From positions 1,408,001-1,472,000 of the forward strand of contig CAWKMU010000003.1 in assembly GCA_963850905.1 (NCBI GenBank): a DNA stretch of 64,000 bases, given 5' to 3'. This document shows positions 41,113 through 51,022 of the stretch, piece after piece. The stretch comes from an uncultured Gemmatimonadales bacterium. GTDB taxonomy: Bacteria > Gemmatimonadota > Gemmatimonadetes > Gemmatimonadales > Gemmatimonadaceae. The first letter of the stretch is position 1, and each line of letters begins with the position of its first letter. A program made the translations under genes and the position numbers. The notes beneath the pieces were generated by a model. The model made no database searches. It saw only the letters and a program-made list of their open reading frames with translations, and was not told the DNA's origin.

Positions 41113-42060
41113 TCACTTGTCCCTCCACACCTCCACCACCGCCGTCTCCCCTGCGCCCGCGACGGTGCCGCCACCGATGACGTAGATCCGGCCGTTCGCG
41201 GCCACAGCGGCGAGGCCGTGGCGGGCCGTCGGCATCGGCGCTGCAATTGTCCAGGTATCGCGGACAGGGTCGTAGATCTCGTGGTTCGCGAACACGCCGC
41301 CCCGCTGTTCGCCGCCGAATGTGTGGATCTGGCCGTCCAGCACGGCCGAGCCCAGCCCACCACGGTGGCTGGGCATGGGCGATTTTGTCGTCCACCGATC
41401 GGTCGCCGCGTCATACGCCTCGACGACATCGAAGTTTTGGAGGTTGATCGGCCGGCCCCCAATGGCGTAGAGCACGCCGTTGACGACCTGCGCCGTGAGA
41501 TGATCGCGCTTGGTCGGGATGGGCGCGTGGTTGCTCCATCGGTTCGTGGCCGGATCGTAGATCGCGATGGAGTCGAGCAGGTCGCGGTGCGCCCCGAAGC
41601 CGCCGACGACAATCAACTTTCCGCCAACGACGCCAACGGCCGATGCCCCACGTGGTGCTGGGAGTTCCGGCCGACTCTCCCACACGTTTCGCTCGGGTCG
41701 ATAGATCCAGAGGTTGGTGGTGCCAACGAACTGCTGGGCGCCGCGGAGTCCGCCGACGGCGTATAGGGTGTCGTTGACGACCGCCAGTGGCATGTGATGG
41801 CGCGCCTCGGGGAGATCGGCGATGCGTTCCCAGTGGTCGCGCGCCGGATCGTACCGGTATGCAACTTTGGTCGGCGAGTCGGTGGAATCGAAGCCGCCGG
41901 CGATGTAGATGTGACCTTCGAAGAGCGTGCCGTGCTCCTCTTCAATCGGCTCAGGGACAGGCGTGCTCTTCGACCACGAGCCTGCGCCAAAAGTCGTGAT
42001 CACCATGACCGCGGCGAGTGCTGGTGTCACCTTGAAGCGCTCGACAACCTTGGAAAGCAT
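41113..42060 (-). CDS. Kelch-repeat protein
   Basis: Six 'IY..GG...YDP..D.W...A.MP..R' repeats. Confidence 0.93.
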   Translation of the reverse strand: MLSKVVERFKVTPALAAVMVITTFGAGSWSKSTPVPEPIEEEHGTLFEGHIYIAGGFDSTDSPTKVAYRYDPARDHWERIADLPEARHHMPLAVVNDTLYAVGGLRGAQQFVGTTNLWIYRPERNVWESRPELPAPRGASAVGVVGGKLIVVGGFGAHRDLLDSIAIYDPATNRWSNHAPIPTKRDHLTAQVVNGVLYAIGGRPINLQNFDVVEAYDAATDRWTTKSPMPSHRGGLGSAVLDGQIHTFGGEQRGGVFANHEIYDPVRDTWTIAAPMPTARHGLAAVAANGRIYVIGGGTVAGAGETAVVEVWRDK

Positions 42061-42074
42061 CGGCGGGTTCCGGT

Positions 42075-42743
42075 TCAGCGGCCGAGCCGAATCGTCGTAA
42101 CGTCGGGCGGGGCCAGCTGCGGTGTCGAGAGCTTCGGGTCGGGCTCGGGTTGGTGGATGGCAATCGTGATGGGAACCACGCCAGCCCAGATCGGCAGAGC
42201 GTAGTCCTCGTCTTCATCCTTCGGGGGACCGACGCGCACCTTAGCGGAGACCTCCTCGAGATCGAGGCGCAGGACCGAGGTCGCCTTGATCTCCTGCGGC
42301 GTCGTTTCCCGCAATGTGTCCCACCGTCCGGGGACGACACGCTGCACGAACCCGCGCAAAGCGGCGAGCTTCGCATCGGCGTCGTGAATCACTTCGGCCG
42401 TTCCGAACGCCATGACCGATCGATAGTTGATCGAGTGGTGAAATGCGGAGCGAGCGAGTACGAGACCGTCGAGATGTGTGACAGTCACGCACACCGGAAT
42501 GCCATGCGACTGTGCCCGCAGCATGCGGCTCGCCGCCGACCCGTGCCAATACAAGTGGTTTCCCTCGCGCCAGCACGCGGTCGGGGTGACGTATGGTCGT
42601 CCGTCAATGTTGTAGCCCACATGGCAGACCAGCGCGGCGTCAAGGATGGCATAGACTGTCTCGCGGTCGTACTTCCCCCGCTCGGGCAGGCGCTTGACGC
42701 GTGTGCGTTCTGTCGGTACGAATGGGGAGTTGGATTGCGGCAT
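42075..42743 (-). CDS. Pyridoxamine 5'-phosphate oxidase-like flavin-binding protein (NimA-like)
   Basis: R.PERG.YD, LYWHGS..SRM, DGLVLARSAFHHSINYRSV, SAKVR.GPP, WAGVVP. Confidence 0.92.
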   Translation of the reverse strand: MPQSNSPFVPTERTRVKRLPERGKYDRETVYAILDAALVCHVGYNIDGRPYVTPTACWREGNHLYWHGSAASRMLRAQSHGIPVCVTVTHLDGLVLARSAFHHSINYRSVMAFGTAEVIHDADAKLAALRGFVQRVVPGRWDTLRETTPQEIKATSVLRLDLEEVSAKVRVGPPKDEDEDYALPIWAGVVPITIAIHQPEPDPKLSTPQLAPPDVTTIRLGR

Positions 42744-43035
42744 CGGACCAGGAGTGGTGGGAAACGCTCGCGCACGCACGACGCGGCGCGACACGATGAC
42801 AGAAGGTAGGAACTAGACACCCGTTTTTCTATAAAGCGGGCCACAGTGGCTTCTTTCTCGCTGCTGACTTCCGCGCTCGCACGGCGCGGAATCCGGCGGG
42901 AACTCTTGGGGGCGGGGCGGGGTTGAACTAGAAAGGCAGAGCTCGTCGCGTTCCACGCGGCGGGAGCGACCGATCGGTAGGGATGGTGCACCTCCGTTAC
43001 CGCCCGACTGTCTACGGCCATTAGAGGAAGCCGAC

Positions 43036-43380
43036 ATGGCGGACCACGAGCCGCAGGACCCAGATGCTGCACCCGGCGCCGAGCTGCGAACCTACGAAAC
43101 GCCTCGCCAGTTGGATCTGGCAGTGGTGGCGTCGCTCAATGCGACGGTGCAGGCGGCGGCAGGCTTACGCGCAGCGGTTGCCGATCGGGTCCGCTACCTC
43201 CGGGGACGCGGCGCACCACCGGAGCGAGTGGTGATTGCCATCAAGCGCGCCACCCACGAAGCCCTCGCCCGCGCCGTGCCGCGGATGGACACGCTCGCGG
43301 GCGCCATGGCCGTCGAAGACGCCTCGCGCGCCGTGATGGGGCAGGCGGTGACGGCGGCGGTGGAGGCGTACTACGGCTAG
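43036..43380 (+). CDS. Small helical hypothetical protein
   Basis: GAGG RBS; 'LRGRGAPPERVVIAIK...AVEAYY'. Confidence 0.7.
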   Translation: MADHEPQDPDAAPGAELRTYETPRQLDLAVVASLNATVQAAAGLRAAVADRVRYLRGRGAPPERVVIAIKRATHEALARAVPRMDTLAGAMAVEDASRAVMGQAVTAAVEAYYG

Positions 43381-43383
43381 GCG

Positions 43384-43484
43384 TTGGACGCTGGACGCTA
43401 GACGCTAGAGAAAACCTCGCTGGCTAGCCTAGATGCACCGTGGCTCGCCCCGAGGTCTTCCTCTTCTAGCGTCTAGCGTCCAGC
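43384..43484. repeat. Heptamer inverted repeat (GACGCT[AG])n ... (CTAGCGT)n
   Basis: TTGGACGCTGGACGCTAGACGCTAGA ... TCTAGCGTCTAGCGTCCAGC between convergent genes. Confidence 0.8.
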
Positions 43485-43487
43485 ACT

Positions 43488-44418
43488 TCATGGCCTGCTC
43501 AAGTCCAATCCCTGCGCCAGCAGGCCCTGTTGTACCAACCGTTGCAGCGCCGTGCCGTCATGACTGACGGCGACCGTGATGCCGGCGGCCACGACGTCCT
43601 CTTTCAGCCACGCGATCTCCTGGCCAATCGCGACGCGGTCTTCACCCATTTGCTTGCTGGTGGAGTCAGGCTTTTGCCGACCGGTCTCGATACCGGCGTT
43701 GTGCCAGACGACGTCGCCGACCAGCACGACCTCGCGGCCGGAGGCGAGCTTGACGTATACCATTCTGGGAGCCAGGCGTGTGCCCTGGCGCACGAATCAG
43801 CACGACCCCAGGCGCGATCGGCAACGCTCGCTGGTAATCGACGACCAAGAATCGGCGCGCGCTGGCCGCATCGAGTCCCGCGGAGGGCCGCGGATGGTCA
43901 ACCAGCGTTTGAACCTGCTGCTTCGTGAGCATCGTCTTGAACGCGACGTCGCGTTCGATCGCCGGCCGGGTCAGCGTGCCGACGTGGTCTCCGTGCTCGT
44001 GGGTGATCACGATCAGGCGAGCGCCGCGCAGGGCTGCGACGATCTGGTCGTAGTGGTCGGGGAAGAATGTGCCGCTGTTACCGGCTGCTTGCTTGTCGTA
44101 AGTCGCGTCTACCATCACCCAGCCGTGTGGGAATCGGATCTGAAACGCTGGCGTCACCTGGTACACCTTCATGTGCGGCGCGCCGGCGACGGCGTCGGAT
44201 TCAGGTGTCGAGTCGTCTTGCACGCTCAGATAGCCGATCGACGCTGGCAGTTCTCCGGGAACCGCCTTGCTGAGCGCCCTCAGGTCCTGCAGCAGGCCTT
44301 CGGCGTACGGATTGGTGTTCTGTGCCCCGACGCGTGCGGTCCCCGCAACAGTGAGCGACACGAGGAGCGCGACATGCGTGAGCAGACGAATGTCAGAGTG
44401 CGTCGTCTTGGCAGCCAT
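43488..44418 (-). pseudogene. Secreted metallo-beta-lactamase-fold hydrolase. Apparent +1 frameshift at about 43763
   Basis: GAGGAGG RBS, THEHGDHVG, GHTPGSQ, then MVYVKL...VGDVVW...VSHD in the next frame. Removing one base at CATTCTG (43761-43767) fuses them. Confidence 0.88.
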
Positions 44419-44520
44419 CGTGCCTCCTCGATGGTGTGGCTGTGAGCCCGCGTGGACTGATGAATCACTCACAATTAACGGATCCGCCGCGTCGTTCAAG
44501 GTGTCGAACCAAACCCCGGA

Positions 44521-45684
44521 TCAGTTCACGAGACGGTTGTATTTCCGCAGGATCTCGCGCAGGCGGTCGTGCGGCAGCGCGTATACGGTGTGTCCGTCGA
44601 CGCCGGTCATCGTCTGCGCGGCGACGAGAGCGTTTACGATAGCTTCCTCGGTGGCCTCGATCGTCGCGAGGAAGAACGGGTTCAACTCCCCGTTTGGGAG
44701 CATGCTCAGCGAAACCGGCGGGCCGGACGGGTTAGCTGCGCCCGGGTTCGCCGTAGAGAACGCGATGAAGAGGTCACCGGAGCCGTTCGCTCCCGTGCCA
44801 CCGAGCCGCGCGATGCCCATCGGTACGCGCCGGGCCAGCCGCTCGAGCTGATGAGGGAGGAGCGGCGCATCGGTGGCGACGACGACGATGATCGATCCCT
44901 CGCGGCCGCCCTGCGCCAGCGTGTCATCGACGGATGTAGACGCGGTGCCGCGCTCGCGCTGCAAGTCCGGGATTTCCTTGCCGACCGGCACACCAGCGAT
45001 CGTGAGCAGCTCGCGCGATCCATAGTTGGCCTGTACCAGCACACCGAGGGTGTAACCGCCCGGCAACGTCCGCGATGCCGTGCCGATCCCGCCCTTGAAC
45101 CCATGCGCAACCATTCCCGTCCCGCCGCCGACATTGCCTTCGGCGACCGGACCTGATCGCGCGCCGTTGAGTGCCGCAAAGACGTGTTCCTGGCGCACGT
45201 GAAAGCCCGCAATGTCGTTCAAGAACGCATCGGAAGTCTCGCCCACGATGGGTTGGTGCCAGGGGATCTTCGCCTTGAGCACGTCCTCGAACCACGCCAG
45301 GACGGCATCGCGGACGGTGCCGACGCTCCACGTGTTGGTGATGGCGATCGGGCCGCCGAGTACGCCGCCTTCCTTGAGCCATGCCGTGCCGGTGAGCTCA
45401 CCGAAGCCGTTGCCAGCGAACCAGCCACCGAAAACCGGCTCCCACTTTTTCCCTTTCGGGAACACCACGGTCACCCCGGTGCGCACGGCGTGGGCACCGT
45501 CTCCGCTGATGACGGTTGCGTGTCCAACCTCGACCCCGGCGACGTCCGTGATCGCGTTGAGTGGACCCGGAGTGCCATCGAATGGAACGCCCAGGTCACG
45601 CGCACGCGGGTGCGTGGCCGGTTGGGCGTGGAGGAGAGAAGCGAGGACGAAGGGAGCCGCGAGGACCGACCATGAGCGCGACAA
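44521..45684 (-). CDS. dmpA: DmpA/S58 (P1) family aminopeptidase
   Basis: NAITDVAGVEVGH, EGNVGGGTGM, GGIGTASR, G|SIIVVVATDAPL autoproteolysis site, SGDLFIAFST. Confidence 0.93.
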   Translation of the reverse strand: MSRSWSVLAAPFVLASLLHAQPATHPRARDLGVPFDGTPGPLNAITDVAGVEVGHATVISGDGAHAVRTGVTVVFPKGKKWEPVFGGWFAGNGFGELTGTAWLKEGGVLGGPIAITNTWSVGTVRDAVLAWFEDVLKAKIPWHQPIVGETSDAFLNDIAGFHVRQEHVFAALNGARSGPVAEGNVGGGTGMVAHGFKGGIGTASRTLPGGYTLGVLVQANYGSRELLTIAGVPVGKEIPDLQRERGTASTSVDDTLAQGGREGSIIVVVATDAPLLPHQLERLARRVPMGIARLGGTGANGSGDLFIAFSTANPGAANPSGPPVSLSMLPNGELNPFFLATIEATEEAIVNALVAAQTMTGVDGHTVYALPHDRLREILRKYNRLVN

Positions 45685-45729
45685 GGAACCAAGGGGTTGG
45701 GGTTCGAGATACGGTACGACACGAACCGC

Positions 45730-45754
45730 GGTCGACGCAATGCGTCGCCCCTGC
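45730..45754. repeat. REP-like palindrome (GTAG family), degenerate copy
   Basis: GGTCGACGCAATGCGTCGCCCCTGC matches the copies at 50958 and 61246. Confidence 0.75.
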
Positions 45755-47709
45755 TACTTCTCGCGCGGCGGGATGACGAGGAGTGTGATCGAGTTGGCGG
45801 GGTAGGTCTGCGTGAAGCCGTGCAGATGGACCCAGCGATCGGTCGCGCGCACGATCGCCGCCGGGTTGGCGGGTGTCAGCTGGTACACCTGAACCGGGCC
45901 ACCTGGCGCGAAGTCCGCCAGCGACACCGCGGCGTGGATGTCGTTGGCGGTCTTGTTGATCGCGATGAGCGTGAGCGCGCTGTCAGCCGTGCGCTGCGCC
46001 CCGTAGATCGCAAGAGTGTCCGGCCCGGCGCTGGTCGAGCTCACCCACGTGTCGCCGTACCGGCTGCCGGCGCCGTCGTAGTTACGATAGATCCGGAAGG
46101 CATTGGCGCCTACCCAGGTCGTCTGTGGCGGCCCCCACAAAGTCGCGAGATCGAGCGATTCGCGGCCAAAGATGCCCAATACATCGGCCTGCGCGAGCGC
46201 GCCATTGATGGAGTTGAGGCCGCCCCAGTTGTACTCTGTGATCCCGATCTTCGTCCCCGGGTAGTACTGGTTCACCCATTTATGAAAGGTGCGGATCAGT
46301 TGAATCGGCGGATACCACTGGCCGATCCAATTCTCCTCGCGATATGTCGAATCCCAGAGCGACCGTGTGGAGCGGAGACGGGCGGCCTGGACCGCCGCGG
46401 TCCCTGGGGTCCCGTCGAAGGTGACAACGCCGGCGGGCGACGCGTAGAAGTGCTCGGTGAACACGTCGAGGAGCCGAGTCCCGTGCGACGTCTCGTACTG
46501 CTGCATCTGCTGCAGGTAGTACCACGCGTTCCACAGTCCACCGTTCTGGGCGGGAGTCCCCACATAGACGGCCCAGCCGAAGTCCTCCGGGCCCGCAAGC
46601 ATTGCCGTCGGATCGACGCCCTTGATCGTGCCACCATAGAGCAGCGTCCGCTGGACGAGGTCCTCATAGGTGATTTGCCCGGGCGAGACGTCGCGGTGCG
46701 TGTTGCCCCAGCCGCTCGGCTCGTTGTCCATCGCGAAGAACGTGATGCCACCCTTACTCGCGTCACCGTACTTACTCGTGAGGTGCTGAATCCAGCCCTG
46801 TTGCAGCGTTGCAGAATTGGCCACGTGAATGCGGAGGATCTGGCTCGAGTTCGGCGTGATCACCGAATCGCCTGGCGTCATGCCATTGCCGCACCCGCTC
46901 ACGTACGGGTTGACGGCTTGCTGCGGACCGAAGATCGAGACGGGAAACGTGCAGTCCGACTTGTTACTCGGCACACTGTTGACGTAGTCGATGATCGGGA
47001 CCGAAAGGAACGTCGTCACACCGACACTCTTGTTACGATCGACCATGGCATCGGCGGACCCACTCGGCGTCACCGTCGAGGCACCCCCGCCGGCCATGAA
47101 ATACCAGTCCCCGCCGGAGTTGCTCGCGTCGACCTGCCAGTTATAGCGCGTGATGCCGTCGCCGCCCCAACGCGTAATGGTGATGCCGAGGTCTTGCAGA
47201 TACGATGCGGTCAGACCGAAGGTACTCACGCCATAGATGTACGGGCTGATGGCGTGACGACCACTCGTCGCGTCGACTGCGAGCGCGGGCGCACTTGCAT
47301 CGGCAGCGGCTTCCGGCGGCATGACGCCGACGACCGCATGGCCGCTCTGTCCGTGGACAGTCGCACTGATGCGAACGATCCCTGATGCGATCCCGGTCAC
47401 TGTCCCCGTCGACGACACTCGCGCGACACTCGTGTCACTGCTCGACCACGTGATGGTATCCGATGTGATGGCGTGACCGCTGGAATCTGCGATATGGGCC
47501 GTCAGCGCCAACGTGCTGCTGATCGATAGGTCCGTATCGCCTGGGCTGACGGAGATCGTGGCAGCGGTCGGTCCATGCGCCGCGGGCCCGACGCTCGCGC
47601 CAGGCGACGCACACGACAAGATCACGCACGCCACTGACGCCAGTGCGACTATGACCCTCAAGGTGTGCGAGCGGGGGCGTGCATCGCCGCCGTTGCGGAT
47701 AGTCGGCAT
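45754..47709 (-). CDS. Glycoside hydrolase family 44 lipoprotein with N-terminal Big_2 domain
   Basis: ILS-C lipobox; Ig unit; ISPYIYG, RWGG...TRYNW, MDNEP..W..THRDV, RLRSTRSLWD..Y, ITEYNWG. Start uncertain. Confidence 0.9.
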   Translation of the reverse strand: MPTIRNGGDARPRSHTLRVIVALASVACVILSCASPGASVGPAAHGPTAATISVSPGDTDLSISSTLALTAHIADSSGHAITSDTITWSSSDTSVARVSSTGTVTGIASGIVRISATVHGQSGHAVVGVMPPEAAADASAPALAVDATSGRHAISPYIYGVSTFGLTASYLQDLGITITRWGGDGITRYNWQVDASNSGGDWYFMAGGGASTVTPSGSADAMVDRNKSVGVTTFLSVPIIDYVNSVPSNKSDCTFPVSIFGPQQAVNPYVSGCGNGMTPGDSVITPNSSQILRIHVANSATLQQGWIQHLTSKYGDASKGGITFFAMDNEPSGWGNTHRDVSPGQITYEDLVQRTLLYGGTIKGVDPTAMLAGPEDFGWAVYVGTPAQNGGLWNAWYYLQQMQQYETSHGTRLLDVFTEHFYASPAGVVTFDGTPGTAAVQAARLRSTRSLWDSTYREENWIGQWYPPIQLIRTFHKWVNQYYPGTKIGITEYNWGGLNSINGALAQADVLGIFGRESLDLATLWGPPQTTWVGANAFRIYRNYDGAGSRYGDTWVSSTSAGPDTLAIYGAQRTADSALTLIAINKTANDIHAAVSLADFAPGGPVQVYQLTPANPAAIVRATDRWVHLHGFTQTYPANSITLLVIPPREK

Positions 47710-47884
47710 GCATACTCCGCGGCCGGAGTCGGAGAGCGTTGGACGAGTCCCCAACAAGGTTGTGCCATCGGCCAGGAATGGCCGTCACGCGGCGCGCCCA
47801 CATCGTCACCTCGCGCGATCATGAGCCGCCAGAGTGAGGAAAACGGGGGGCGAAGAAAGGCCGCAGGCCGGTGGCGCTGACGGG

Positions 47885-48370
47885 TCAGTCGACTGTGCTC
47901 TTCAACCGCCCACGAACATTGGTCTCGAGATCGGCGGGGTCGCCCGCGAGCCCGGTGAGATCGACCGACAGATCGGTCAATCCGAGCTCACGATTGAGAG
48001 CAACCATGCGTAGAAGAGTTGGGGGCAGCCGAGTCGTGTACTTCGCGGCATTGCGCAGGTGCAGACATAGCTGTGTCCGGCCCTGCACTCGCTTGAGTGT
48101 CACGTCCGTGATGTCATTCCATGCGATGACGCCGATGGCGAAGGTACGATCGAGCACGCCGCGGTCATCGATCACCAAGCGCGGGCGAGCGTCGTAGAAC
48201 TGCCATCCGGCGAACAGCGTCCCGGCGCCGCACGCAACGAGGATGATCCACCCCGCAGTCGGCTGGAATCGCACGCCGATCAGAATGCCGCCAATGGCGG
48301 TGAGCACGCCCGCCGCAAGCGCAGCAAGCCCCCAATTACGGCGAGGTGCGCCAATGACAATGGGTTGCAT
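47885..48370 (-). CDS. Two-TM membrane protein with PH-like domain (STM3941-like)
   Basis: Two TMs, then 'PRLVIDDRGVLD......IAWNDI'. Confidence 0.75.
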   Translation of the reverse strand: MQPIVIGAPRRNWGLAALAAGVLTAIGGILIGVRFQPTAGWIILVACGAGTLFAGWQFYDARPRLVIDDRGVLDRTFAIGVIAWNDITDVTLKRVQGRTQLCLHLRNAAKYTTRLPPTLLRMVALNRELGLTDLSVDLTGLAGDPADLETNVRGRLKSTVD

Positions 48371-48497
48371 GACGGAAACTATAGCGGCAGGGGTTTACAC
48401 GTCGGAGTGAGTGGCAAAACGGGACGGAGCAAGTAGACTCTAGTGGACCCCCGTGTAGCTCCCACCGTCCTACCGTTCTGATCAAACGTTGACGTCA

Positions 48498-49208
48498 ATG
48501 AGAGTGAGCCTCCGCCGCGCAATGCTTCCGGCTCTAGTCAGTATGTCGAGGGCAGTGTCCGCGCAGTCGACGCCGGCACCACCCGCCGGTGCACAGGCGC
48601 CGACGATTCAATGTGCGGATTCGTCGGCCGGCGGCAGGATCGGCAGTACCGCGTGTACGATTTTCGCGAAGCGGGTGGTCCGGGAATTTCCGGGTCGCGC
48701 AGACACCGTTGTATGGAACGTGGCGGCTTTCTCCACACGTCTGGAGGCCGAGTCACGCCAGACCCCCACCTCGGCAGTCATCGAGATGGACAACAGGTTC
48801 TGGCTCCTGAACATCGCCCCGACCGTCAATCGCCAGGAGCGTGCCCTTCGAACCTCGGCGATCACGCCCATTCCGTTGCCGCCAGCCAAGAGCTACGAGA
48901 TCATATTTGCCTACGTTGCTGTGCCGCCGGGGGCGCACTCGGCGATTCATGTCCAGTCGGGGCCCGAAGCCTGGTACGTGCTCGCGGGCTCGCAGTGCGT
49001 CGAGACTCCGGATACGGTGTTGCACATTCGACAAGGCGCCGGTGGCATGGTGCCTGCCGACACGCCGTTGTATCTGGTCGCGACCGGGACGACGACACGG
49101 CGAGCGTTCTTCGTCATTGTCCACGACGCGGAACGACCGTTCTATACGGAGATCGACTCGTGGCATCCGCGCGGCAAATGTGGAAAGACGGTAGACGCTA
49201 GACGCTAG
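48498..49208 (+). CDS. Secreted cupin-domain protein
   Basis: 'HVQSGPEAWYVLAGSQCVETP', 'VPADTPL.L..TG...RRA...VHD'. Confidence 0.75.
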   Translation: MRVSLRRAMLPALVSMSRAVSAQSTPAPPAGAQAPTIQCADSSAGGRIGSTACTIFAKRVVREFPGRADTVVWNVAAFSTRLEAESRQTPTSAVIEMDNRFWLLNIAPTVNRQERALRTSAITPIPLPPAKSYEIIFAYVAVPPGAHSAIHVQSGPEAWYVLAGSQCVETPDTVLHIRQGAGGMVPADTPLYLVATGTTTRRAFFVIVHDAERPFYTEIDSWHPRGKCGKTVDARR

Positions 49209-49288
49209 ACGCTAGACGCTAGAACGCACCACGGCTGGCCTCGCGCTTTGTCATCCAGCGTCCAACGTCCAGCGGACCAGCGTCCAGC
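49191..49288. repeat. Heptamer tandem (TAGACGC)x4+ with degenerate inverted arm (TCCAGCG)n
   Basis: GTAGACGCTAGACGCTAGACGCTAGACGCTAGA overlaps the cupin stop; TCCAGCGTCCAACGTCCAGCGGACCAGCGTCCAGC at 49254-49288. Confidence 0.85.
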
Positions 49289-49403
49289 CTTCCCTGTATC
49301 GATCGTGCAACGGCCTTGTAAGCGATACCGAGGTGAGCTATATGGAACCCCGGTTGGCAATTGGGATCGCGCTGGCGGTTTCTCACCCTAGTTCGGACTG
49401 GCC

Positions 49404-50951
49404 ATGTCGAGCTTGTCCTTCCTCGATCGAGAGCACTCCCTAGCGGGACCGCGCTACACGCGGTGGCTCGTGCCCCCTGCCGCACTCGCCATCCATCTGT
49501 GCATCGGCCAGGTGTACGCCTACAGCGTCTTCAAGCTTCCGATGACGACGTTGCTCGGCATCACCACTTCGACGCCGAGCGATTGGCAGCAGACCACGAT
49601 CGCACACCTCTTCCAGGTCGCCATCGCGTTTCTCGGGGTTTCAGCCGCGGTGTTCGGCGCGTGGCTCGAGCGCGCCGGTCCACGCAAGGCAATGTTCGCG
49701 TCAGCGCTGTGCTTCAGCGGAGGGTTCCTGATCGGTGCCTTCGGTATCTGGGTGCATCAGTTCTGGATCGTCATGCTTGGCTACGGCGTACTGGGCGGCA
49801 TCGGGCTGGGACTCGGCTACATCTCACCGGTCTCGACACTCATCAAGTGGTTCCCGGACAGGCCGGGGATGGCGACTGGCTTGGCGATCATGGGATTTGG
49901 CGGCGGCGCGCTCATCGCGTCGCCGCTGTCGGTCGCCTTGATGGCGCACTTCAAGTCCACGACATCGATGGGCGTCGCCGAGACGTGGGTGGTCATGGGC
50001 ATCCTTTACTTCATCTTCATGATGTTCGGCGTATTCACCGTGCGACTACCCGTGCCGGGCTGGATGCCAGCGGGGTTTGTACCCGGCGCGACGGCGAAGC
50101 GCATGGTGACGACCGGCAACGTGACGGCTGATGAGGCGATCCGAACGCCGCAGTTCTGGTTGTTGTGGGTCATGTTGTGCGTGAATGTCACGGCGGGGAT
50201 CGGGATCCTCGAGCAGGCCTCGCCCATGATTCAGGAGATGTTCACGGGCGCCGTCACGGCGGTCGTCGCGGGCGGATTCGTCGGCCTACTGAGCGTCGCC
50301 AACATGGCGGGACGCTTTGGCTGGTCATCCACGTCGGACTACATCGGACGCAAGGCGACCTACGCGCTGTTTTTCCTGGTCGGACCACTCTGCTACGCGA
50401 CGATTCCCCACGCTGGTCGGATCCACAGCGTGCCGCTCTTCGTGCTGTGCTGCGCCGTCATTCTCACAATGTACGGCGGCGGGTTCGCGACCATCCCGGC
50501 GTACCTCCGTGATCTGTTCGGTACGATCCAGGTTGGCGCTATCCACGGTCGTGTGCTGACTGCGTGGTCGGTCGCCGGCATCCTCGGGCCCATGCTCGTC
50601 AACGAAATACGGCAATACCAGATCGATCATGGGGTGGCCAAAGCCGACGCGTACACCGTCACCATGTACCTCATGGCGGCGCTCCTGCTCGTTGGCTTCG
50701 TTTGCAACCTGCTCGTACGCCCGGTAAGCGAGCGACACTATGAGGCGTCCGGCGCACCGGGGTCGCCGACTCCAGCGGCCGCAGCGGCAATTCCGGGCCG
50801 GGAGCAGCAGCTCCGAGCCGCGGACGCACAGACGGGCGCGGACGATTCGGGCCTCGGCGTGCGCCTGGTCGTTGCGTGGCTCATCGTGGGCATCCCACTG
50901 GCGTGGGGGCTGTGGCAGGTCGTGCAGAAGAGCTTCGCGTTGTTCAAGTAG
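49404..50951 (+). CDS. OFA (oxalate:formate antiporter-like) MFS transporter
   Basis: RWLVPPAALAIHLCIGQVYA, GYISPVSTLIKWFPDRPGMATG, YGGGFATIPAYL; extra C-terminal AWLIVGIPLAWG helix. Confidence 0.93.
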   Translation: MSSLSFLDREHSLAGPRYTRWLVPPAALAIHLCIGQVYAYSVFKLPMTTLLGITTSTPSDWQQTTIAHLFQVAIAFLGVSAAVFGAWLERAGPRKAMFASALCFSGGFLIGAFGIWVHQFWIVMLGYGVLGGIGLGLGYISPVSTLIKWFPDRPGMATGLAIMGFGGGALIASPLSVALMAHFKSTTSMGVAETWVVMGILYFIFMMFGVFTVRLPVPGWMPAGFVPGATAKRMVTTGNVTADEAIRTPQFWLLWVMLCVNVTAGIGILEQASPMIQEMFTGAVTAVVAGGFVGLLSVANMAGRFGWSSTSDYIGRKATYALFFLVGPLCYATIPHAGRIHSVPLFVLCCAVILTMYGGGFATIPAYLRDLFGTIQVGAIHGRVLTAWSVAGILGPMLVNEIRQYQIDHGVAKADAYTVTMYLMAALLLVGFVCNLLVRPVSERHYEASGAPGSPTPAAAAAIPGREQQLRAADAQTGADDSGLGVRLVVAWLIVGIPLAWGLWQVVQKSFALFK

Positions 50952-50957
50952 GGCCAG

Positions 50958-50983
50958 TGTAGGGGCGACGCAATGCGTCGCCC
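50958..50983. repeat. REP-like palindrome (GTAG family)
   Basis: TGTAGGGGCGACGCAATGCGTCGCCC between convergent genes. Confidence 0.85.
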
Positions 50984-51022
50984 TCCTGCGCCGCCCATCT
51001 CAGCCGATCGTCGGGGCAGCGT

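Noticed and set aside
45697..47385. 562-aa plus-strand ORF and other long antisense or alternate-frame ORFs (507-1694, 37573-38784, 55476-56531)
   Set aside because: They are shadows of well-supported genes in GC-rich DNA; most are Arg/Pro-rich and none shows family motifs.
3704..48287. Other CAGAATG/CATTCTG copies (3704, 10164, 29237, 48281) as further frameshifts
   Set aside because: The host ORFs stay open and protein-like through them, so these are genuine sequence.
49191..49288. Possible CRISPR array in the repeat regions
   Set aside because: Units are 7 nt with no unique spacers, and there are no cas genes in the window.
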